Assembly (NCBI RefSeq): GCF_036321535.1
Contig: NC_087436.1
Span: 109,680,001 to 109,744,000 of the forward strand
DNA from: Camelus dromedarius
Taxonomy: Eukaryota
Length of the DNA stretch: 64,000 nucleotides
Direction of reading: 5' to 3'
The notes under the pieces are model-generated. The model did no database searches, had not been told where the DNA came from, and saw nothing but the letters and a program-made list of their open reading frames with translations. The translations under genes were made by a program, and so were the position numbers. Of this stretch, positions 50,759 through 62,530 are shown piece after piece (the stretch's first letter is position 1; every line of letters begins with the position of its first letter).

Positions 50759-52249
50759 TAATGGTAATCCTTTCCCAGAAAATATTTGAACAGATTTTTT
50801 GGTAGTTCCAACCCCTCAGTATCAAGCTGAACTACATACAGGAAATGTCAATACATCTTCCAAGGCTGTAGCAATTATTGCCCGTCCACACAGGCAACCG
50901 CCTGTCATCCCCATCAAAGTTCCCGCCATCTCCACAGTGTTAGATTTGTCCGTATTCGGATCCCCACATTTCATTTTGGACCCTGGAGATGCCACAACTC
51001 TTGGAGGGTCATTGCCCTTTCTTAGTCATAAAGCATCCTTTCTCCTTTATGTGCCATCTCAGATGCTCCAGTTTAACTACCTAATGTCTAGAGATTTTGT
51101 GAACCAGTGGTCTTTTAGGGTTTTTCTTCATAGCCTAACAACTCATTCATCCTCCAACACACAGCTCCTTTCTCGTCCTTGGGCTAGAATTCCCTTCTGT
51201 ATATTCTCAGCATGCCTAAAAGATACTGGCCCTCAGGAATCAGCTGAGAATCCTCTTTATCAGAAAGATCATCTTTGACCCCAATTAAATCTGTGTCTCC
51301 TGTGTTTTCCTTTCTCATAACATATTATGCATTTTTCTTCATAATCATAATTTATCTGATTTTTAATTGATTTCTTTATATTTATTGGCTTACAGTTTTT
51401 CTTGTGTTCTTCCATAAATTCAATGAAGGCCAAGATCTTCTTGATTTTGTTCCAGGTTGCTGACCCAATGGAAAATACATTAAATGTCAATTTATTTATG
51501 ATACATTAAATACATTAAAATAATACATTAAATATCCATGGGCATTTGGCAGATACTTTGAGTAGGATAGAATGAGTCTGAGATGCTGATCTGAAAGAAA
51601 GAAGAAAGTATGATTTTTTAGCTCTATGTTTTCAGTGATAAAGTTCCTGTCGATGTAGAAGATCAGATGAGGTGAGTAGAAAATGTGAAAAGGAAGAAGA
51701 CTAAGGACACAAGACTGGGAAAACCCAGTGCACTAGAGAGGAGACTGAGATTGAAATATCAGGGAGGCAAGTCCAAAAACAACAAGGAGAGCAGCGTATT
51801 CAGCTGAGGAAGGAACACATATTAGGGAAAACTGAGCATATGACAGAGCCCAGTGCCTCAGAAAATCCAAGTCAGTGTGGACAATCATTAATATTTGTCT
51901 TGTATGTCTATTTTTTTTTGAATTAGAGAAAAGGAAACATTTCTCCCTTTAAAGTTAATTGATGCTACACTTGCTTATATATGTGGAATGACTCTCGGTC
52001 TTGCTTGTAAGTTTCTGGAGATCTGTCTGCCATTTCTCATGGTCACTCTCTTTTTGGAGCATGACTTTCATCTAATATTGACCCTAATATTATGCAGAGT
52101 GTGCTTCTCAGATATTGCCCTTAGCCCATTTTGTATATATGGTATCTTCTCTGTCAAAGTACTGCTTCTCATTCAAACTGTCAACTTTCCCAACTATTAT
52201 AGGCATAAAAGTCCATTGATGCATTCAGAAACTTATGTTTAGTGCTAAT

Positions 52250-53000
52250 TTAGTTCAAGCCCTACCTTACTAAAGATGTTAAAAATAATAACAAAAAGAT
52301 GTGGTCCCTGCCCTTATGAGAGTTATGGGGGGAGGGTTTAGCTCAGTGGTAGAGTGCATGCCTAGCATACATGAGGTCCTGGGTTCAATTCCCAGTACCT
52401 CTACTAAATAAATAAACCTAATTACCTCCCTCCATTAAAAAAATTAAAAAAAATTTTTTTAAATGAAGGTTACTATCTGGTGCATCAGAGATGGAAACAA
52501 AATAATTGTATAATGGACTGTCCACATTCAATTGCAATAAATGCTAGGAAAGAGAGGAATCGGTTAAGGAAGAGTCTAACAGGAAGAATGAGACTTGGGG
52601 AAATAAAGAACAGGAGTGTGCCAGGTAACATGGGAGAGAACACGAATGAAAAATATGCCTACTATATAGGAAAGTGTCTGTAAGTCATGACAGGACAAGG
52701 TATATTTGAGGAAACACACATACAAACACAAAGATTAATGCAACTGGTACATAGAAATTGAAGAGCGACGTGGTATGAAATTAAACTAGTAGAGTAGGCA
52801 GGTGTCACACATGATGTATCTATATGACCGTATAAAAAGATCAATGTCTCTCCTATACAGAGAACTGATTGTGGTACAGGAATGGAAGCAGGGAGAGCTA
52901 CTCAGATACTATTGAATGGCTTCAGGTGAAAAACAATGCTGGCCCCTGGCTGTAGTGAATGGTTGGATATGGGTAGATTAATATACATTAGAAGGAATGG
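52250..53000 (-). mobile_element. L2 fragments (host of the 52327 SINE)
   Basis: gatgtggtccctgcccttatgagagtta | ctatctggtgcatcagagatggaaac...aggagtgtgccaggtaac...ggaagcagggagagctactcagatactattgaatggcttcaggtg. Confidence 0.6.
52327..52462 (+). mobile_element. tRNA-derived SINE (Vic-1-like, camelid)
   Basis: ggggggagggtttagctcagtggtagagtgcatgcctagcatacatgaggtcctgggttcaattcccagtacctc, with pol III A box (tagctcagtgg) and B box (ggttcaattcc) and an A-rich tail; sits inside an L2. Confidence 0.88.
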
Positions 53001-54799
53001 TTAAAGGGTCCGGTCATGTTTTAGGATTAATGACATAGTACCTAGATTCAGTGATTGTTCAGGCACAGAGTAAGTCCTCGATAAAGGTTAACAGAATTGT
53101 AATTATTATAATCAATGCAGGATCCAGGAGCATCTTGACCTACTGAATATGAAACAGTTCCTAGAATTTGCTGCCAAGTGAATAATCATCTCCTGATACC
53201 AGGAGAAGCGACCCACCAGCAGGTTCCTGCGTTCTTGGACATCCTTGAAACCAATTTTGAATGGCATCCCTTGCAAGGTCACCTTTTTTTCCTGCTGCTG
53301 CCTCTTCACTGCTGTAAACTTTCACCAGTGGATCAGTGCTGTTCTATGCTGATCTGCAGATAAAATGTAGGATGCATTTCCTGGATTCAGCTACTGCTGT
53401 TGCTAAGAGCCCAATGACTTTGTCTTCAGTATCATATTTACAGTAGAAGCTTTCCCTTATTTTCTAACGTGTAGTGCTGAAATCATAACAACAAGGGCCA
53501 GTTTTCATCCAGGCAGAGATGCCTTTGGAAAACTTCATTGTGTATTCCGTAGTCCAGCTGCAGCATCAATAAGTTAACTAATGAACATGTTTCCAACAAT
53601 GGTGTATTGACAGCATAGCTCTGAAAAATAATCAGCACCAAACACAATAGAATTTGAATTAATCAACCGAGAAATTTACAATTCTTAATAATGACTAACA
53701 TCCATGGTGATTTTGGCAATTCAACAACTTCTTTATATCTTGTGGTTTTAAATGAAGCCAGGCTTGTGAGAAATCTTAGGAGGGCCTTGTAAATGAAGGC
53801 TCAAAGTGAGCGATCACCTGTCAAGGCTCTGATTTGTTTGCTGGAAGCAGTAGGTGAATAGACAGAGAACTGGACTGAAGGTCAAGTGAAACTAAAGGTC
53901 TTCAACGCATGGCTTCTGAGCTTATAACATTTAGCCTGATTTAAATTAATGTACATATAAATCCCGGGAAATGGCTTATAGACCTCAAAACCTTAAAATA
54001 CTACAAAGCAATTATTTCAATTATTTGGATTCTTCAAATTCCGAGGAGGTGTTGGAGAGTGAATTTATTACCTTTTACTGCCACATTTGCTTCCTAATGA
54101 GATCTTATTTTGTCATCGTCGATAGTTCAACCATTATGTGTTCAGAACGAGCCACTCTTCTGAATGCTGAATGTACCAAGAGTTGTTCCCGGAGTATGAT
54201 CGAGTAGGCGGGGCGTGAGCGCCCATTCCACAAAGACTTCTTTAAGGAAGTCAAAGTGACTTAAGTGGGCAAAACCCTAAGTTGCTGCAATAGGATGGAA
54301 TAAAGCTACTATTGAAAGTTAAACACATATAGCATATGTCCCTTCATTAAAAAAAAAAAAAAAAGTTTTGAGCTTCCTCAATGTTCCAAGAACTATTCTA
54401 GAAACTACAGGTGCAGCAGTAAGCAAAACAGTCAGAAATCCTTACTCTTTGGCTCTTTCTTTCCAGTGAGAAGAGACAGATACATCAAATTTTATATATG
54501 TACATATATATATGTACATGGCTGCTGGGGAGGGCATCACTCAGAATCTTCTACTTAAACAGAGATTAAAAGAAGGCTCAAGTCACATAGATATATAAAT
54601 ATCTGTATGGGAAAAGGATTATAGAAAGAGAAGATGACGAACATTGAGGCTTTGCAGCTTTGAAGGATGGCTGGAGTGTAGTGAGGTAGTGGAAGCTGGT
54701 AGAAGATCAGATCACCAGAGAAGTAACCAGAGTCCTTACTGGGTAGGTCTTTGAAGACCACCGTAAGAATATTGCTTTTTATGTGAATGAGACTGAAAC

Positions 54800-55348
54800 T
54801 GTGGCAGGTTAAGACTGGTCATAGAATCTTTGACATTCTTTCCATGGCAAGGTTTCGTGTTATGTCCCCTTCCCCTGAGCCTGGGTGACTGTTTGTTGAC
54901 TGCTTTGACCAACAGAACACAATAGAAGTGGCAATGTACCAGTTTCCAGACCCAGGATTTTACAGACTTTCAGCTCCCACTTCCTGTTATTTGGGATAGT
55001 TATTCTTGGAAACCAGGTGTCGTGCACTGAGAAGCTCAACCCTCATGGAGGACCCATGTACAGGCAATCTGACTGACAGCTAGCTGAGCTCCCAGTCAAT
55101 TGTCAGTACCTCCTGCCAGCTGTGTGGATGAGCTATCTTGAATATCCAGCCCAATCAAACCTTCATTTGCCTCCAGCCCCAGTCCCTATGTGTTAGAATT
55201 CATCATCCCCACAACAGGCCTCCCAAACCAGGGCCACCTAGCTGAGACTAGTCAGCACACAGATCCACGAGAGCTAATTTTAAAAAATCGTGTTTAAAAC
55301 CGTGATACATTAGTGGAATGTGTTATGCAGTGATAGGTAGCCATAACA
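54800..55348 (+). mobile_element. MaLR solo LTR (MLT1H-like)
   Basis: tgtggcaggttaagactggtcatagaatctttgacattc...tgactgctttgaccaacagaacacaatagaagtg...gctgagctcccagtcaa...tcttgaatatccagcccaatcaaaccttc...tgttatgcagtgataggtagccataaca. Confidence 0.85.
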
Positions 55349-55503
55349 GTATTTATTGCAGGTTTCTGAGTGGAGTCATGATCTGACTTAAATGGTAAGA
55401 GAAACACTCTTCTTACTGTATTATAAATAGATTGTGCTAGACAACAATAGAAATGGATAGATGAGTTAGAAGGCTGTTATAATAATCCTGATGTGAGGGT
55501 AGA

Positions 55504-55612
55504 AGGGGAAGGGTATAGCTCAGTGGTAGAGCACATGCTTAGTATGCATGAGGTCCTGGGTTCAATCCCCAGAAACTCCATTAAAAAAAATAAAATAAAG
55601 TAAGTAAATAAA
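55504..55612 (+). mobile_element. tRNA-derived SINE (Vic-1-like, camelid)
   Basis: ggggaagggtatagctcagtggtagagcacatgcttagtatgcatgaggtcctgggttcaatccccag plus A-rich tail. Degenerate TSD ctgatgtgagggtaga / ttgatgtaatggtaga. Confidence 0.9.
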
Positions 55613-57470
55613 CTTGATGTAATGGTAGAGCAAGTTGGACCGGAGGCTTAAAGATTAATAGTAAGTAGTCAGATTCTAGATACGTTTTTAAAGTAGAGAC
55701 AACACAAGTTATTAACTATCTGTGGGGTATAGAGAAAAGAGTAGTAAAGTAAGATTCCAAAATTTTTGTCTAAGAAACAAAATGTTGGCAGCTAGCAGGA
55801 ATGGTGGAAAATACGGTTTTGGTTTGGGGGATGTTAATTTTGAGATATAAATTAGACATCTCTGTAGAAATATCAGTTCATGTATCATCAGTGACTGCAT
55901 GAGATCACCAAGAAGGACAAATAAGAGAAGGAGCCAAGTAATTTTTGCCCTGGAATCCTTCTACTTTAAGTGATTAGACAAGAAAAACCAAAAAAAAAAA
56001 AAAGAGATTAAGAGAAAAAAAGGCCAGTGAGAGAGAAGTGATGTGATGAGAGTGAGGACAGAGGAAGAAATTGAATAAAAGGTAAAAGAAGAGGTGACTC
56101 TAAAATGATGCTGACAGGTCAGGTTAGATGAGGACTGAATTGCTCATTGGACTTAACAGAGTGAAAGTCATGGTGGCCGTGACCAAGTAGCGTCCACGGC
56201 ATGGCAGAGGCAAAACCCTGCTCAGACTGGGTTCAGAAGAAAACGAGTGACAAGAAATTAAGGATGCAAACATAGGCAATTCTTTCAAGGACTTTGGCTG
56301 TTACAGCAGAGAAAGAGGGACTGCAGTTGGAAGAGAAGTTTTCAGAAAAGTAGAGAGACTTTTGTTTCGGTTTATTTTAAGGTAGGACGAGTCACAGCAT
56401 GTTAGTATGCTGATAGAAGTGGCCCAGGAGACAGAGAAAATCAGGTGCCGGATTGAGGGGAGAAGGGTTGGAGCAAAGTCTTTGAGGGGAAAGCTTATCA
56501 AAGGTATTGGGAGAGATGATGGAAATATGTTGAATGGATATAGTAACTCTGATGTGAGGAGATGGAATGGCGAGGGGATTTCTGTTTTCTAAGTGAAATA
56601 GGTCATCAGCAGAAAGTGAGAACTGGGCCAAAATACTGGCTGCTGGAGGACAGGAGAGAAAGAATGACCTAGTCGTCCAGAGGAGAGGGAAATTAGTTAG
56701 ACTTGGAAAGGTGTTCTGGTCGCTGGGTTCTACCAAGACCTCTTTTTGCTGGACTATCTGATTTCAGCAAAACTCTCAGATTAATTCAATCAGCATTTAC
56801 TGAGTACCTGGTCTGTGGATGATAAATGATTATGAGCAGAGAACTTCTGAGAACCATTTTGATACAAAAGCAGGAAAGGATGATGTTTGACACTGGATAC
56901 AAAGGCATGATCTTACTCTGGGAATTCTTTAGTATTCATTAGAGAGGCATTTTCATGACTCAGATTTAGCATCCACTTAGCATTCACAGTGAGCTGAGAC
57001 CTTTATGGAAAATATAAATAACATTCTCCCTGCTTTTATGGAGTTTTATAGGCTACCCCGTGTTTTTGTCAAGTACCTAATAAAGACAAGAAGAACTTGT
57101 TCTGAATTGTGATTGTAACAACGCAGAAACTGGGATTTCGTTACTAGGAAGTTAAAAAGCACTTTGCAAATAAATTCCAATCTAATAAATTTACCTCTTA
57201 AATTATCTTGTTTCAATAAAGGTTACTTCATTGTGAAACACAAGCCTTCTTGGAACCCTCGTAATGCTAATGACCCCCCATTCATCATCACTAATTTCTT
57301 ATCAGAAGCATATTACATTGTTTTCCTATAAATCTTTATTCTGATCATAGAGTCAATTAAAGAGGGATTCCTCTCCTTTCAAGGTAGGAAAATTTCTCAT
57401 TCTTCAACTTGAATTGCAATTGCATTTTTACTTTCAAATTCGATAGTATATGCTAGGGAAAAAAAAAAAA

Positions 57471-57575
57471 TGCACGTAGCCTACATAATCCCGTTACCAA
57501 CGTAGTCACTTTGTAACGGCATTTGCATTTACCTAGTAACATGGCCCGAAATGACTCCTAAATTCTCGTTCGCTC
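57471..57575. promoter_or_regulatory. Candidate cis-regulatory cluster: TACGTG (HRE-like), hairpin, octamer, RFX X-box-like site
   Basis: tgcacgta 57471-57478; inverted repeat ccgttac...gtaacgg 57491-57519; ATTTGCAT 57521-57528; tttacctagtaac 57528-57540; 7 CpGs in about 100 bp of AT-rich DNA. Confidence 0.4.
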
Positions 57576-59689
57576 ATCTGTCTATGTAACTTGAATCTTA
57601 GTAAAAGTTTTCTTTTCAAAATATTTATATTCATTGAATAAAAAGTAGCTGAGAATTCTTACTAAACTTATAAATGTCTTTTTCTTCTCTAAGTTTGGCT
57701 CTTTGTATTGTAATCTTAAACTGTTTGGCTTGCAATCCTTCCCAAGACACATCGTGACAGTTCTCAGACCTTGATATTATTTTGAAGACCTGTTTTCTTT
57801 CAGATAGATGCAAACATAACTTGGAAGCAATGTTAAAGTCTCTTTCCACCTACAAGCTTTGAAACAAAAATCTGAAAGTGTGTCATCCAACATCTGGTGG
57901 ATGAGCATCCTCTTCTCAGTTATACCAACGCAGATCATGCAAACCAGTGCTGCAGTTTTAGAGGAAATTCTACCTAAATTCTGTTGTCATGCACCTTCCC
58001 ACTGCTGCTCCCTCAAAATAGGATCTCCTGAAGTGTTTTCATTTGGACCTAAAGGGAACCTTGGAAGAAACCTTAGAGATTTTGAGTTTACCTCCCTAAT
58101 TTTTCAGATGAGCTAGGAATTTTGAGACTTGCCCAAGCTTACAAAGCTAATTCAGGGACCAACAGGCCCTAATCCATCTCTTGATTTTCACTGCAATGTT
58201 CTTTCTGGAACACCACACTAGAATGAATAAATAACTACCCCATCCATGTCTGTGCATTTTAGAACTCCAATTACGCCAATGCAGTTTAAGATTGGACTGA
58301 TAACTGGGATTTGGATACTTCTGGTCTACGTGACCGTGGCTTAATTTTAGGAACATCTGTAATGGGTATTTGTTAGATGTTCCCTGATAATCAGAAATAT
58401 CTGGAATGCCAGTTGGCCAGGACTGGAGGGAGTGAAGGTGGCAGTTAGGGAACTATTTAGAAGAGGGATTAAAAAGCTATCCAGGAATACTTTGTCCTTA
58501 AGTAAGAGGAAGTGAAGACATATACAAGTTTTAAAAATTGTGGGTCAGAACTAGACAGGGGTTCTTAGAGCTGCAGAATAACCAGCTTTCAGACTGGCCT
58601 CTGAGCCAGTGGTTTGCCGTGGTTGACAAGAGACATGGTCAGCAGTGTCGGCGGGATGAGGTGGCTGCAACAGCATCACGCTCCTGTGGGCACAAACCTG
58701 TTGACCTTGGCATTGGCAGCTTTAGCAGGGGCAGCAGTGCCATAGTCGTGAGCTCTCTTGTTGTCCATGGTAGTATTCTCTCTCTCTCCCTCTTTCTCTT
58801 TCTCTTTTGAAGAGAACTGGAGCAAAAGAGAAAGGAGTGAATCATTTAGTAATGATGGGGACTCTGAGAATGTGAGGACCATCCCCATAAGATGACAGTG
58901 TTCAGAAGAACATTGAAGAGGACTCAGATAGTGTGACTTGCAGAAAGCCTGGCTCAGACAAATTTTGGTTGTTATGAACCCACGTATGGGATACTTCCTG
59001 GGGTTAATCATTGATTAGTGATAGCTGGTGAATCTGAAAAGCCTCTGAAGGGAGCCAGGCAACTATCAGCAGGCTAGAGGGTCCTTACTTGCTCAGGGGG
59101 AAGAAGAACAGAAGAACGTGTGTAAAAGAGGATCATTGTTTCCCAGAATTTCTATATTGAGGTTTGACATTTAAAAAAAAAGTATCCATGCTTCCCGGTG
59201 GAGGTGTTGTGATTCTGATATGGATACTATACAGTTGTGCTAATTTTTTTTAACTCAGTGAGTGCATCTAACAAGCAGGCTTTTTCTCTCTTAACATACA
59301 TTATATTTATCTGATTACAGAAGTAACTTAGTCATCTGAAAGAAAGTTGGAGAATCCTGAAATATAGAACAAGAAAATCAATATAATTTTGGCATGCAGA
59401 GATAAGAATGTTAACTTTTCCCTAATTATGGCTGTATGTATGTGTGCATTCACTAGTCAGTCTAGTCTGTCAATTTTTTTTCATTTTTGATAAACGGAGT
59501 TTAAGCATTTAGTATTTGTACTATTTTCCTGCACATGAAAAAAATCTTTTTATATATAAAGAAATGTAGCTTCTTAATCTTTCAAATGCATACATTCTTT
59601 GTTTGTGTTTCAAAGTAATAATGGTCTGGTAAAACATTAAGACAGTGATGGTGCCACAGACAGTATGATAATGAAAATAATAACATTAT

Positions 59690-59900
59690 TAATAATGACC
59701 ATCACTGATGATTATTAGAACCCACTATGCACAAAGCAACGTATCTGTATGTCTACAGTTTAATAATTACAGCAACATTACATGATTATGAGTTAAGGTG
59801 TACTATTATTTCCATTTCACAGAAGAACAATTAAATAAGAAACTTGTGCAAAGTTACACACAATCAATAGGATTCAAATCCAGATTCAGATCCTTATTCT
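59690..59900 (-). mobile_element. MIR SINE
   Basis: attattagaacccactatgcacaaagc...gtttaataattacagcaac...tactattatttccatttcacagaagaacaa...aacttgtgcaaagttacaca..ggattcaaatccagattc. Confidence 0.75.
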
Positions 59901-61182
59901 AATTCAAGCTGTATATATAAAGCTATGTTAATACAATAAGCTAATCCAACTTGACAAAAGGACACTACAGAGATGTTCAGAGGATTAGAAGCTGTTTCAG
60001 AAGGATGGAAGAGTTCAGGGAGCGTTTACATGATGGGAGAAATGTCCTTTCAGAGGAAGAATTCCTTGAGACTTTATATGAGGAGTCAACTAATTATTTT
60101 GAAATGCTGTAGAAGAATTTCTTAGTGTCCTTCAGTCTTTATGGGCATTATTGGATCAATGATTAGTGACATGTCCTATGTTAATAACCATTAATACAGA
60201 AGCTCCCAACAATGCTTCATTCAGCTCCTAATTTACCAGTTAATTGCACATTAAGTCCTACTAAAAATGCTCAAAATAGCAATTTAGCTACAGACTAATA
60301 ATATTAATCAACAGTTTTCTGGTTTCTAGGAGGAATTCTCCCTAATGAGAGCATAGACAGAGGATGACCAAGGAAATACCTTTCTTCAGCTCAATTTCTA
60401 AACTCTGAAATCAAACAAGGCTTGAGAGTCAAGAAAAACACTTCCTCACATCTCAGGGGTGAACCCTAAATTGAAAGGCCCTATTCCTGGGCCAACCTGG
60501 GGACTTTACTACCACCTCCATCCAATTGCCAGGGAACTATTTTCTGAATAGCAAAAGACCTGTAAAATCTCGTTCACGTGAACGATTCCCCTCACACCCA
60601 ATGGGCCAGTGATCCATTAGTACACACCTACCCTCTACAATCTTCACACTGGTTAAATTCCTTGTATATCCAAAAACATGATTTGGAATTGTACTTGTCC
60701 TCAAGTTGAATATGGAAGATGAGTGTTATACCAGCATCCAAGTGAAAGAGATCTGTGTGTTGGGTGAAGAGCAAACAATACAGCCAGTGAAATCTCTGAT
60801 TGCTCAGAATGAAAAATAGGTGGGGGGGGGGTGGAAAGGAAATAAGGGATATAAAAGCTCCCAGCCTGAAAAGATGGAAGCTTTGATGAAAAGCTAACCA
60901 ATGGAGTTAGGAGACAATGTTCACAATGAACTGCCAGAGAGACTTAATCTAGCACGTGGATGCTATGAGCAGATGGTCTGAAGGGCAAGTATCATAGGAA
61001 GATATAATACTCTTCTTGCTCTTATGATTTTGTTTTCTGTTTCCCTAAAATATGAAATTGCTTGCATTATTTTTCTGTTAATTGAGCTAACTTATACTTA
61101 AGTAATAATATATTGATAGTCTATATTAATATGAATATTTTATTATTAATTTTATTGGTAATGTATTTTCTGGAAAGCCCTT

Positions 61183-61222
61183 AACTCTTTAGAGGCCAAA
61201 GGAACTCTTTAGAGGCCAAAGG
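61183..61222. repeat. Perfect 20-bp tandem duplication
   Basis: aactctttagaggccaaagg at 61183-61202 and 61203-61222. Confidence 0.95.
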
Positions 61223-61939
61223 CAATTATGCTTTTGTCAGAAGTAGGTACTAGTGAAAGGGAGGGAGGGTATAATTTGATGAAGACCTAACCGGCTATGT
61301 TGAGATATAATTCTGTCTTCACAGAGTGGCAAGAGATTGCTGCTATCTGAGAGAGATACATGACACTTCTTGTTTGATTAATTATTAGTGTTGGAATTTT
61401 TACCTTGATTAGCATCTTCCAAATGTGTCACAACTGAGTTAATCTGTTATCAAATGCCTCTTCACATTAGCTTGCTGAAACACCTTTTGTGGCAGATGGC
61501 AGAAGACTGAAAGGTCAAACATTGGATATTAAATGCCGAGCTTCTGAACATCTGGAAGATTAAAGAAAAAAAAAAAGGAAAAAGAAGAAAGAAAGTAAAT
61601 ATGTGTGGGTGTCATTTGCTCTCTTTCAAATTAACATGACAAAGTACACTTCCTTGTAAGTCAGCCAAGGGGATTTTGATTTTGATAGACTGGATCACAA
61701 GGGGAGATGTGCCTCCTTTTCCTATTACACCTGTACAGACCATTTATTTGCTGCACCCTCAGGCCGTGAGCAGCCTGATGGTGATGGGAGTCATCAGTGT
61801 GCCCATAAGCACCATCTGTGCAGGAGCTAGGCTAATGAGCAAAGCAGGAGCCAGTGAAAAGCTGGAGGAGTGAGGGGAGAGAGCAAGGTGGCTGGATTTA
61901 ACTCCAAGCATCCAGAGGTGTACCTTTATATAAAACTCT

Positions 61940-62110
61940 GGATCTCAGCCGTGGCTCTTCATTAGGCTTGGAAGAGGATCTGTTTCAGACTCTCAATGCA
62001 CATACCTTATTGAAGATCAGTTGATTCCAAATCTCTAGTGATGGGGTCTAGACAGTGTATTTTTTTAAACATTCAAGATTATTTTTGTGGGTGGCAATAT
62101 GAGAACCAGT
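61940..62110. mobile_element. MER5B-like hAT DNA transposon
   Basis: ctcagccgtggctcttcattagg...tgattccaaatctctagtgatggggtctagacagtgtattttttta...atgagaaccagtg. Confidence 0.6.
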
Positions 62111-62167
62111 GCTAGAGAGTGTAATGTGCTGAGTTCACTCTGCTCTGTATGTTCAGGTTTGAACTCG

Positions 62168-62188
62168 ATATATATATATATATATATA
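62168..62188. repeat. (TA)n microsatellite
   Basis: About 10 perfect TA units. Confidence 0.95.
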
Positions 62189-62379
62189 AAATACTATGGA
62201 CTAGTCACCGTGGGTGCTAATACAATTCTTGTCTCTCATGTGCAGCCCACTCCTCAGTAGCTCCATCTCATCTTCCTTCTGGGTAGATCGATCTCCTTGG
62301 TTATAAGATTCTCCCTTTCAAAATTACTTATCTTGAACTGAATTAAGCATCCTTTAGCTGGGGTAAATCCACCTCCACC

Positions 62380-62530
62380 AGTGGACAAAAACCCCATGAA
62401 AGAATGGGTCGTGCCTACATGTGAGGCATGCCTACATGCCTTCAGTGACCAGCACAGGGCCCAGCACCTGCAACGTGGTCAATACACAGTTAGTGGAATA
62501 GTTAATACACACTTTGATGAATAAACAAAC
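62380..62530 (+). mobile_element. L2 3' end
   Basis: ccccatgaaagaatgggtcgtgcc...ccttcagtgaccagcacagggcccagcacctgcaacgtggtcaatacacagttagtggaat. Confidence 0.6.

Larger units (their letters stand above)
54360..56720 (-). mobile_element. Long L2 remnant interrupted by MLT1H and a SINE
   Basis: ttgagcttcctcaatgttccaagaactattctag...ggctggagtgtagtgagg...ttgctttttatgtgaatgaga | ...gagtcatgatctgactta...gattctagatacgtttttaaagtagag...gaggactgaattgctcattggacttaacag. Confidence 0.75.

Noticed and set aside
50799..51278. Longest ORF in the track (159 aa, + strand)
   Set aside because: It starts at TTG, shows no recognisable domain, and its 3' end appears to run into L2-like sequence. An ORF of this length is plausible by chance in 64 kb.
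52327..52400. tRNA gene (also 55504-55575)
   Set aside because: The A and B boxes are present, but A-rich tails, TSD-like flanks and insertion inside L2 show these are tRNA-derived SINEs
53121..53181. Possible terminal coding exon IQEHLDLLNMKQFLEFAAK*
   Set aside because: The acceptor lacks a polypyrimidine tract, I recognise no protein match, and no upstream coding exons were found
58349..58382. Hairpin ggaacatct...agatgttcc as a miRNA precursor
   Set aside because: Only a 9-bp perfect stem, too short for a pre-miRNA, and no known mature sequence recognised
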